A stretch of 60,952 nucleotides of DNA, counting the filler, from Sphacelaria rigidula (taxonomy: Eukaryota), in NCBI GenBank assembly GCA_964200075.2. It is 8 parts of 8 records of this genome, joined end to end, with 100 filler letters (N's around TTAATTAATTAA, not from the genome) between each part and the next. Parts side by side here need not be neighbours in the genome. Positions count along the whole stretch, not along the records: positions 45,791 to 53,321 come from CAXNAA020014477.1; positions 53,422 to 60,952 come from CAXNAA020014478.1; 6 more parts are not named here. One strand, written 5' to 3'. Shown here piece after piece: positions 50,498 through 60,952 of this stretch. Position 1 is the first letter of the stretch, and each line of letters starts with the position of its first letter. Under the pieces are notes generated by a model. The model saw only the letters and a program-made list of their open reading frames with translations, had not been told where the DNA came from and searched no databases. The translations under genes and the position numbers were made by a program.

Positions 50498-50700
50498 AAA
50501 ACCACACAAATGCGGGAACGTACACAAACGATCACAAAGAGTCACGGGAACATAAACACGACCATAGAGTGGGAAAGGATATATATTCGCATATGTACGG
50601 AGTATATCACTAGCCTCACTTCCAAAGATACATCAAACCCTGCAACTGTCCCGTCGCAAAAAATCTATAAGACCGACAATCACCAACATCTCATCATTAC

Positions 50701-50793
50701 CTGCCAGTACTTGATTATCCCATTATGATCTCCCGAGATGAGCGTGTTGCCCGAATTGCTCCACGCCATGGAACGCACAGCGCTCTCGTGGGC
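50701..50793 (-). CDS. WDR33: WDR33/Pfs2 (pre-mRNA 3'-end processing WD40 protein), downstream exon
   Basis: aag|AHESAVRSMAWSNSGNTLISGDHNGIIKYWQ|gtaatg; phase 0-0, continues directly from 52949-53098. Confidence 0.9.
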
Positions 50794-51344
50794 CTTTCCG
50801 AGGAGGGACGTTGGCAGGCAGTAGGGAAGGGAAAGGGAGGATAAGGGTCAACACGGTGTGGTATAAAGCGATACCACTAGAGGAACGATGTGCACACCGC
50901 AAAACAGGTTTTGAGGCACGGGTAGATTCTATTGATGAACCGAATACGCGCGTTTTCTTGTTCAGGGGGATTGACTCCTTTCAGCGCCGACGCGTCCCCG
51001 TGGTGAAACGCCCCGACTGTCACCATAAGGGTGACGAAAAGGTGTGTCCGATTCCTGTCACATGTGTTGCGTTTTCTCTTCCAAGTACCTGATTTCCACC
51101 GTCGAAAGCGGGTGTACATGAGTGGACGAAAACGAGTCGACTGAGTTTGTTTGACAAGGGCTGACGGGGTGCGGGGAGTATTGATAGTCATGACCCAATC
51201 CACGAGCCCAAAATGCGAGGCATGTACGGGGGAAAGTTGGTCCGATCCCTTGAGACTAGTAGACCATTAGACAACGGACTCGTCTCGAGGAAGGGGAGGA
51301 GTTCAAATTGTGACAAAGCAACCACTCCCCCCCTTCCCCGCGTG

Positions 51345-51815
51345 CTTTTTATGGGATAAACATGATGGTGGTCAAGCTAGAACATATTGTGCGGGGTGGA
51401 GAACCCCAACTCGGCGCAAAGGGAATGATCGTACTACGTAGTGTTTAGATGATGAGACACCCATGAGGCAGTGTGTAACCCGTGGCTTATCCCTGGAAGT
51501 AGCGATACCACAAAATGCAGGAACGGGTTGTAGGCTGTCATCAATTTGCAACAATAATCAGCACGCTTCAGGCCGAACAATCTCGGCAGGATTCAGTTCA
51601 CCCCCTCGTGCGACTCGCCGAACACATCACGGCGCTTCGCGATTGGTGATTGATTGGGAGCCTGGTCCGGCGCAAAACCCGAAGTGCTGCGTCCCGGCTT
51701 TGTAGGGATGCGAGGTCAATGGTGCGCTGGCATCCAACATTTACAAGTACAGCCCCCTCGCGCGTGGTCAATCGTCAAACGGCCAAGGGAAGCAACAAAT
51801 GAGTACCCCCCCCCC
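51345..51815 (+). mobile_element. C-tailed partner element fragment plus a short LINE tail, in the WDR33 intron
   Basis: 51345-51723 matches the partner element; 51760-51815 matches the LINE tail followed by a C-run. Confidence 0.8.
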
Positions 51816-52948
51816 CGCGCGCGCGCGCCGTCGTGGGATTACTCCTGACACGCCCCGAAATCACTTCTACCACCGTCCGTGTTTAAACCCGCCATGAACA
51901 GCACTGCAGCTGCATCCAAACGCGCTGTACCGTACTGCACTGTACTTTACAATAGCAACGCACTCCCGTGTTTTTGTTCCGAATGGTCGGTGTCACCTCG
52001 CCGTGCAAAACTTGACCACCTACCCGCTAGCTCGCAATTGTTCCGGGGTCATTTAGAAGTAGAGTGTACCTTTTTCGACAGAGGGATGTATGATCCCACG
52101 GACAGTACACATTGCCCACTCTTTGGCAAGTAAACACCAACACGTTGAGATACTTTGCGCTCAGATCGGTGGGACAGGGTGATTGGGGCAGGTTCTCGAG
52201 GTGCAAATCGTTGGTGCGGATCGCAGGTAGACTTGGAGCTCTGATATGTTTCTTCGACCGGCCGTTGTGTTTCCGCTGGGTTCCGTCGTTACATTTTGAA
52301 ATGGCAAAAACAAAAAAGGTTTTTCGATACCCGACTGAGCATGGTTTTCGGATGGTGCCTCTGGCCGGCGTGCGCTGTGACTAGGGAAGGTATGATGGAA
52401 TTCCGACGGCCTCCATGAGGGACTGGGGGGTGACTAGGAAAGAAATTATTTCAAACTATATACGTGGCTGCTTCCTGTGTACGTTTAGCTTTTCAAGCCC
52501 AAGCAGGCAGGGTACAGCGGCGGATGAGAAGAGAATCCTCTTTCGTCTTCCGGCCTTTCGAGGCAAAAACATTTATTTTTCTTCTTGCAGCGGTGTTGCA
52601 AGTGTCCCTGGTTGTAGTACCTGAAGAATTCCGAGTGAAAATGGTAATTTGAGGGAGTTCTGCCATGCCTTGCAAGTTCCGGATATTTGGTAGGAAAATC
52701 GTACCGTTTTGAGGCAAATTCGCCAAAGGCGTACCTTTTCTAGTTATGAACAAAGGCCTGAAAAAAAGCATACTCACGAGAACACCCCTCCCAAGAAAGA
52801 AAAAAAAAAGTTGAATACAGCCTACATTGATATAGGACACACAGTAGTACAGTCATTCCAACCAAAACAAGAACAAGAATACTTTTCGTACTCGTAGCGA
52901 AACTGGAACAACTGCATCCCCCTTGTAACCTCCCGCGTCGTGGGTCAC

Positions 52949-53098
52949 CTGCAGGATCGTGACGAAATTAAATGCTCCGTCTTTCCACAACGTGAACTCC
53001 CCGCCGGAATTGCCCGTGATGCAACGCGTGACGCCCTCGGGGGCCCAGGCGAGGCAGAACACCGGACAGCGTTGCTTGTTCGTCGACGTTTTTACCCA
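52949..53098 (-). CDS. WDR33: WDR33/Pfs2, upstream exon (first WD40 blade)
   Basis: cag|WVKTSTNKQRCPVFCLAWAPEGVTRCITGNSGGEFTLWKDGAFNFVTILQ|gtgacc; fits the STNK.RCP....W.PEG.R..TG..SGEFTLW....FNF.TILQAH signature. Confidence 0.92.
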
Positions 53099-53217
53099 CT
53101 GGACAGATGTATTTTCCCGCGTCAAATATTGAAGCAAGAGAGGGAGTCGGGGGATATCGGATCAAGGGGGGGGCGGACGGGCGGGCGTTCCTTCGTTGTT
53201 TAGCCTTTCATTTTGGT

Positions 53218-53256
<39 letters not shown>

Positions 53257-53321
53257 ATTAACATACAAACCAGAAAACAAAAACCATTTACCTTTCTCCC
53301 CCAAAAAACCAAAAACGAAAA

Positions 53322-53421
53322 NNNNNNNNNNNNNNNNNNNNNNNNNNNNNNNNNNNNNNNNNNNNTTAATTAATTAANNNNNNNNNNNNNNNNNNNNNNN
53401 NNNNNNNNNNNNNNNNNNNNN
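53322..53421. other. Artificial scaffold linker
   Basis: Same structure. Confidence 0.99.
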
Positions 53422-54889
53422 GCACTGTTTTAGGCTTGAGCCTCATCTCAAAGGTAAACCTCAATTCGCACAATTTGCTGTTTGATCTACACCTGGTCAG
53501 CCATAACATCATCGCTGTACCGTACCAGCAATAATCGTGTTCTAGACATTCTCTATATTATCCCGGTAGTTTTATTGCAGAACAACCCACAATGATCAGT
53601 ATGTACTTTGTTTCCGGGGTTGCATTTTTATTGTGGCCATGAGGATTTGTGGAATGCGCATGCAGTAAAGCTTCCATTTCTATTTCGATCTTGTTTGCTT
53701 TTCTTTCATTTTACATCCTCATATTGTCTGCATCTCCGGGTGTCGCGTCTACCACAACTGTCTTTTGAGCCCCTCGATTGTATTTTGAGTGCTGGATAAT
53801 TTTGCGCTGCACTATTTTTCATTTCATGTTCTGGTAATTTTGTATTGTGTTTGGCGCTCGCGATGTTTTTCTTTGATCGTGCGGGTGAAGGCTATCTGCA
53901 GGGCCTTGTCTGTTGCGCTGCCTGTACTCATCATGCTTGAGCAGGATTCCGCTGGTAATCGTTTCATCTATCTGGTTCGCAAGGCCGAAACGCCGAATTT
54001 ACCGCCCGCCACACGACATTTCGATCTGCGTCACGTGGTATAAAACCGAGCCATATTTTCATGTACCCCAAGACATCCAACGTATACTAACCACGCCCTC
54101 TATTACTTCCGCCCTTGTTTCACCCACACTCTTGTCCTGGGGGGGTCGCATCCCGCTGAGGGAGCCGGCGCTAAACGTCATTGCGTTGGGGGGGACACGC
54201 AGGAAACACCGAACGGTTTGCCAATGACGGTATGTTCCCGCGTGGAGTGTATGCAATTTGGTTTGGTTTAACTAATCCCGGGTACCTTTTTATGGAGTGT
54301 CCGCAATTTGGTTTGGGTTAGCTAATCCCGGGTACCTTTTCATAGCATTTTGGTAGCAGGGTCATTACCTTGGTGCCACCAAATAGGATCCCCATTTTAT
54401 CCCACACTGGTAATCGATTGTATGGTTTGCTATTCACCAGGTTGACTTCTTGACGCATTCTGTACCGTAGTTGGATACTACCTTGTTCCTTCGCGGTACC
54501 GTAGTTGAATAATACATTGTTCAGTTGCTTCAAACTTGGTTCTCGATATTATGCGCCACTCAACTTCCCGTGGATTGCCTTGTCATTACTTATTCAGTAC
54601 GCAGACATATGTAGTTTCCCTATTTTGCCTTTTTGCCCTTCATGCCCAGCCTACCATGTAAGTTGACTGCACGTCTATATATTTTTCTGACGGTCCTTAC
54701 AGGCCCTACATATAGTTTTCAGACACTCATGTCGCTGACATGGTCGCTGGACCCCCTTGGGGGGGGCGAAGCACGAGTTCAATATTTTTTGCGGGTTGTT
54801 GTCTCGCGTGCACACCCTTTGCCACAAAACAACGCGGTTTCCCACCATGAGCACGCTGTATGATCAGAAAAGAAATGCACAAGCTTCTT

Positions 54890-55195
54890 GACCGAGGTGT
54901 TGCTCACCCAACGTTCCCCGGCAAAGTTTGTCGACTACACGATTTTGTGTTCAGTAAAATTGGCCAAGTTCGCCAAATATATCTTTACTGCAGGGTCTCA
55001 CAGGTTCCTTAGCCTGTTGATCGATAATACCGGCATGCAACCAGCCCCCTCCAAATGCAACGCAATTACTCAGACGCCACGCCCATACAATCGAAAAACT
55101 ACGTTCGTTTCTAAAACCACCAGGTACCTTGGACAGTTTCTCCAGGAGCGTAGCATTCTTGTCGCCCTGCTGACCGATATTCTGAATAAGTAGGA
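54890..55195 (+). pseudogene. Ty3/Gypsy RT C-terminal remnant
   Basis: KFAKYIF....RFLSLLIDNTGMQPAPSKCNAI..TPRP...TRYLGQF....SILVALLTDILNK. Confidence 0.6.
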
Positions 55196-57904
55196 AAGCC
55201 AACAATATTGCTGCACGATGTAGGTAAACGCGCGCTCTCCTTATGCTGTCAAACTCTTGTGCCGTATAACTGCAGCAAGACTTCACCACCACAATCCGGT
55301 CGTCTCATGGTGGCTCAGCTAGGATATGGCTTACGAACTAGACTCTCGCACAATGAGCATCAATGTACAACTCATGCGTGCGAGGGCATGTTTCTTGTCA
55401 TTTCTGTGCTTTGTCTCGGTATATTTAGTACAACGTACCTCATTCTTTAATTTTTTACTCAGCATGCCTTGCCTATCCTATTTTACTGTTTTCATCTTCA
55501 CTATTTTTATTGCATCCAATTATTCTTTTCTTTGCTGCCATTTGCACCGTTTCCGCATCAAAGTATTCTCTCAGCTGCGGCCAGCTACACTGTTTCCGGT
55601 TGTTTCATCATTTTCACCCCTTGCTTTGCCATGTCTCACGCTTGTAGCAGGTCATCGAAGAATACCTCGGGTAGAGAGGGTGATACCGTACATCCTGGTG
55701 CGACTCCTTCAAAAATATCAAAATATTTCGATATTTCCCTGTCTAGCACCGTCGCACTTTCGGCACATTTCTTTCGTCTTAATCGTCCACATTTTCCCTT
55801 TGATCATAGTTCCTCATATATTTTCCCATAATCCATTGCTCTATTCTGCGTCATAACCCTTTTGCACCTGTATCACCCCACAGTTTCTTCGACCCCGCCA
55901 TCGCACTCGAAGCACCCCGCTTCCCCACGTAGTGATGCCTTGAAGCTTCTGCCACAGGGGTTACCTCCTGGAAAGGCTACATCAGTGCCGAGTTGAAGCA
56001 TCACGTGTATGATTATGGGAATTTCTTTCGGCGAGTACGATACGAAGATGGAAACTGGAAACAGCCATCTCGCTTGGAAGTTTAGCGCCCCAAGCTGAAA
56101 CGGAGGAGCCAAAGAATACACTTCAGCCATGGACGTGTACGAATGGCTGTTGTGTGATGGTGTACACGATATCATCGCGAGAGGAATACGGTAGTGAAAC
56201 AAGAGAATATGTAACTACATATTGCTGCTACCGTACGCTTCAGGCATGAAGTTCGAGTGTTCCTTGTATTTTTCTTGTGCCGCTGTGTTATCGATTGCTT
56301 CCCATTTGATGATATACGGGCACATGTGTGAGCCAAGGCGCGTAGGCTCTATTTCCAGTAGGATAGGTATCGGTAGTTACAGAAGAGCACCCCTCAAAAG
56401 CTGCACTCCTGTAAATATTGATCAGTTCGCGGAAAGGTTGTTTTTAACGAGGTGTAAGCCCTGCACTACCCTAGAACCCAGTCTAACTGATCCAGGGTGT
56501 CGACGCGCGATCACGCTAACTAGCCGATCGTTCTCCAGTCTAACTGAGATCTCGGGAAAACGACAGCGACCGTACTTGTCTGCCGTTTCTGTCGTTGGAA
56601 AGGGCGTTATAGATTTTTTCCCTTTCCTAACGGATGGAGTTTTCCCCTGCTTATCAGGGTTTACCCATTCATTAGATCTGCAACGAGTTTCCCCCTGTAC
56701 TGTAATTCAGCAGGTTTTTCTCGTTTTACTTTCAGGCGTATGATGCACAGGCTTTGTTTTTGTTCTGGCCTTTCCAGCCCACCAATAAAAATGTGTGAAG
56801 CCATATAAATATGGCTAGGGGGATGTTACAGATTTATTGGTCATGTTCCAGTCGAATGGGTTCCATTTGTCATACTTTGTCATGCTTGGTACCTGATGGT
56901 TCATACTACATTGTTTTATTGGATTGACTTGGCGGCCCCCTTGGGCCACAGCGGTTTTGGACCATGCATCTCAACTAGCAAAGCACAAGTTAGCCTGTAC
57001 GCCAATAATACAAGAGCATCTACGCCATCAGGGACTACTATCTCAGAGGATTCTCTGGTCTTCACAAAATGTAAGCCTGACCTTCATGCAACACATGTTG
57101 TGCTGCAGCCTGCACGGCTCATGACACGCCACCTGACCACTGGTGCGGTGGCTGACTCGCACTCGATAATATCGAACTCAATGGTTTCGATACTCAAGAC
57201 TGTGTTTGGGCCTGCTAGCCCCGGTGCCCACTGAACTGGCATCTTCCTACCCCGGTGGTAAGTATCGTACCATGACAAATCTGTCGCGTTTCCACAAAAC
57301 AATGAACCACATGAGACCGTTTCATAAGTATCCTTTTCACGGAGAGTACCTCTTTTGTGCTGATTTATAGCCTACCTGTGTGAATGACGTTTCAGGTAGG
57401 ATACTGCTACAGTAGGCTTGTTGCCATGATTTGTCAATGAAAGATACTCTAGCAGAGTATTTAGGCCACGTAAGCTACAGAATATCTTGTGTGCAACTTT
57501 GCGGTCAATCTTAGCTAGCAAGGCTACCGCGTCTGCAATACCGAGGTTGAACTGAATGATACGATTAGACCTTACGTACGTGTCGAGTGTTGGATTCTCC
57601 TTCCAGGTTTGGGCATGGGTGTGATCGGTGGTTCCTATCGCCCTTGCAATCACTCTTCCAAGCTTACCAAGCTTACCCAGCCCTTCGTCATTTCCTCAGC
57701 ACTCTGCTTGCAAAAGAGGCTGCCTTGATTTTGTTCGGCCGAATTGAAGAGCCCCAAACACCACTTTCGTCTTAGGACTTTCTGTCTGCTGCAGAAGCAA
57801 GTGGTTTGACTACCGCTGTGCAACCTCTGCTAAACTACTGTCTCTGCGACGGTAGTCGGTCTGTTTCGAGAACAGTACCAAACGCCACGAGCCACCAAGT
57901 ATTT

Positions 57905-58832
57905 CCAACACCTCCTCCTTTCGATTACTGGTATATATCTTTCTTCTTTCTGTCAGGTCCAGGTCCCCCACCCGAAATCGCAGTTTCATATGTTTCGCAG
58001 CGACCATGGGGCCATGCAGATATGCTTTCATTTTGACCCCTTCTCTCGACCACCCGTATATCTGCAGGTGTTTATCCTCGCCCACCTTACGTCTGAGCGC
58101 TCCTTTCCCCCTTATTTCTATCATGTCTCGTACGTTTGCCTTGTGCCCCGCGTCTTCACCTATGGATAGTATTTCGTCTTGGTTTCCTCCTATCTCCTTC
58201 CACACTTTCTCGACTTCTCCATCCCCCACCTTATGGCATGCCCTCTCGTACTTTTCTTCCGTACAGCCCTATCAACTATAGCTGGCAGTCTCTTTTTCTG
58301 CGTGTTCTTCAAGCTATATTGTCATCTCAATATCCTCACGTCTCTTTTTGTTTTAAGTGGGTGTAATGCGTGAGAGGATCGCGTGCTGAGAGGACCGCGC
58401 CGTAGTTCAAACCACCGCAGGATCGATGTTTTTCAAAACCAATCGGGCCAGTCCCTGCAGGTACCACGCCCCTGACCATAACCCCAACATTAACCCTAAC
58501 CCTAACCATGGGGATGTTCAAATTCCGATGCGGTCCTCTCAACACGCGGTCCTCTCACGCATTACAGTGGGTACATTCTCAGCTCTGCTCTCAGTGCCGC
58601 ATTTCTCGTCGGTTTCGAGCATCCAAGCATCTTCTGAGCTGCTGCCATCTGTACTGTTTCCAACCTCTCCACCAACTTCACGCTTCCCGCCCATACGTCT
58701 CCTGCATATTCCAGCTTTGGTATGATCAAGTTCATCAGGATGCATCTCTTAATCCTAGTGTCTAGGTGCGAATCTCTGAGGACCACGTCCAACCTGCCTA
58801 CCTGTGCCTTACCCTTTTCTATGAGGGTCATG
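57905..58832 (-). pseudogene. Second disabled copy of the same LINE (RT C-terminal part)
   Basis: LRDSHLDTRIK, PKLEYAG, LETVQMAAA, YLHGP, KLRFRVGDLDL are homologous to 31600-32280; interrupted by a MITE. Confidence 0.9.
58362..58566. mobile_element. TG..CA MITE (Ginger-like) with 5-bp TSD and CCCTAA repeats
   Basis: 24-bp TIR TGTAATGCGTGAGAGGA.CGCGTG; TSD GTGGG; inserted in the LINE ORF. Confidence 0.9.
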
Positions 58833-58844
58833 CTACTTCCAAGT

Positions 58845-60030
58845 AGCGACTTGGACATAACTTATGTCCAAGTCGCGACTCGGACATAGCTCATCATGTC
58901 ATCCACCGGCGATTTGAATACCCATCCGCGCTCGTCCCATGTTTCTTGTTTCGACACCACAGCACCTGCAATACACTCACACAGTCCTTGGCCATCGGTC
59001 AAGCCATCACACGGTGCCAGCGGCCTCGTAGCGAGAGAGAAGCGCGCCTATTGTACAGTGCCAAAACCTACCGCCGCCCGACTGGAGGTGGACATAAGCT
59101 ATGTCCAAGTCGAGACTCGGACATAGCTCATGTCCACCACCGGCCATTTGAAAACCTATCCGCGCACATCCCATATTTTTTGTGTCGACACCACAGCACC
59201 TGCAGTACACTCACACAGTCTGTGGCCATCGTTCAAGCCATCGCACGGCGCCAACGGCCTCGTAGAGAGAGAGAAACGCGCCTGCTGCACAGTGCCGGAG
59301 AATATCACCACCCGACTGGAGGTAGACATGAGCTACTATTGTAATGCGTGAGAGGACCGCGTGCTTAGAGGACCGCGCCGTAGTTCAAAACACCTCAGGA
59401 TTGATGTTTTTCAAAACCAATCAGGCCAGTCCCTGCAGGTACCACGCCCCTGACCATAACCCCAACACTAACCCTAACCCTAACCCTCACCATGGGGATG
59501 TTCAAATTCCGATGCGGTCCTCGAAGCACGCGGTCCTCTCACGCATTACAACTATGTCCAAGTCGCGACTCGAAAACATTTATGTCCATCACCAGCGATT
59601 GGAATACCTGTAATACCTGTCCGCGCTCGTCCCATGTGCCTTGTATCGACACCACAGCACCTGCAATACATTCACACAGTCCGTGGCCATCGTTCAAGCC
59701 ATCACATGGTGTCAACGGTCTCGTAGCGAGAGAGAAACGCGCCTGCTGCACAGTGCCAAAAATTACCGCCGCCCGACTGGAGGTGGACATAAGCTACTTT
59801 GTCCGAGTCGAGACTCGGACATAGCTCATGTCCACCACCGCCGATTGAGATACCTGTTGTTCGCGCCCGTCCCATGTGCCTTGTATCAACACCACAGCAC
59901 CTGCAATACACTCACACAGTCGGTGGCCATCGTTCAAGCCATCGCACGGTGCAAACGACGTCGTAGCGAGCGAGAAACGCGCCTGCAGCACAGTGCAGAA
60001 GAATACCGTCACCCGACTGGAGGTGGACAA
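58845..60030. repeat. Tandem array of four ~235-245-bp units
   Basis: CGACTGGAGGT.GACA recurs at about 59080, 59315, 59775 and 60015; unit 3 is interrupted by a MITE. Confidence 0.9.
59340..59550. mobile_element. Second copy of the TG..CA MITE
   Basis: Same TIRs; TSD ACTAT (59335-59339, 59551-59555). Confidence 0.9.
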
Positions 60031-60952
60031 GGTTGAATTACTTGCTCGGCGAGGGTCTATGTTTGAGAAAGATCGTGGGACCTCTGTCGTTGTGTTGATT
60101 CCCCGGTTGAAAGAAGTATAGTATACTCTCCACGTAAAACGTAAAAACCCACTTGTGCACTACCCAAAAGGGGAGGGTTCAGTCATGCAAAAATCGCTAA
60201 TGCAAAAATAATACGTCATAGCTTCATTCCTTGGCCACGCGATGAGGCGTGTGCCCCCAGCAGATACTTACTGCAACCGCCATATCGGGTATACCTTGAA
60301 TAACAGAACTGTATCTCTTATTTGCCCTTCCCCCGTATGTCATGATCTTAGCACAATATCTACTTCCGTTGCATCCAGGCATGTTTACATGTATATATCC
60401 ATGGGTGTGAGTATATTCGACTAGTCCTCCTACTCACGGCTCAACTCAACTCAGTTCTCAAGTCTCAAACCCTAGTAGACGTATTCTCATCCGAATGTAC
60501 GAGGATGTTCCATCCCGAAAACGAAAATATTCAATCCTACATTACCAAGCACAAAACAAATCGTCCCAGCCGTGTGCAGACATACTACGGTAACGTCATC
60601 TACTCAGCAAACTGAAAGTCCTTCCTTTACTCCTCTTCCTCAATACTTGATAACATATTCATGCTCATGATATATCCCGTCACGCCTTTAAGTACTGGAA
60701 GAGAATTTGGATTCAAAATTCAAATTATCACAAACCAAAATGTCAAAAATCATACAGATATATTCAATAAAATAGTAAAATACATCAACCAAACGCAAAG
60801 TCGAAAAACAGCCCTGTTTCCCGATGTTTTCCACGGCAAGTTTCGTGACGATCGAAGTCCAACACTAAAGCCATTGAAAAAATATGGGCAATGGCGTAGA
60901 AAAGGTATACCTTCTCGTTTTTTGCCTAGGAAAGGTACGAAAAATGGCCAGA

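Noticed and set aside
56900-57750. Possible decayed hAT transposase (minus)
   Set aside because: Similarity too weak to call by eye.
58845-60030. Retrozyme or hammerhead-containing satellite
   Set aside because: No CTGANGA...GAAA hammerhead core seen on either strand of the unit.

Overview
This is not one locus. It is eight unrelated eukaryotic scaffolds of 7532, 7532, 7532, 7532, 7531, 7531, 7531 and 7531 bp, sorted by length and joined by artificial 100-bp linkers (44 N + TTAATTAATTAA + 44 N). The DNA is repeat-rich and intron-rich with short GT-AG exons; the style suggests a brown alga or other stramenopile (inference). Host genes: two spliced exons of WDR33/Pfs2 (minus strand), four in-frame exons of an unidentified, possibly ARM-like protein (minus), and one exon encoding an F5/8-type C/CBM32-like module (plus). 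Most other recognisable sequence is transposon material: decayed LINE RT copies, a Copia gag-protease remnant, Gypsy and Helitron remnants, a tRNA-derived SINE, hAT-, piggyBac-, mariner- and Ginger-like non-autonomous elements (several with readable TIRs and TSDs), many fold-back palindromes and tandem arrays. The most striking signal is a non-LTR retrotransposon system whose copies end in poly(C) rather than poly(A). It inserts at C-runs with target-site duplications that begin inside the C-run. It also shares a structurally conserved ~70-nt 3' end with a ~500-nt non-coding partner element. Most ORFs in the six-frame track are spurious.
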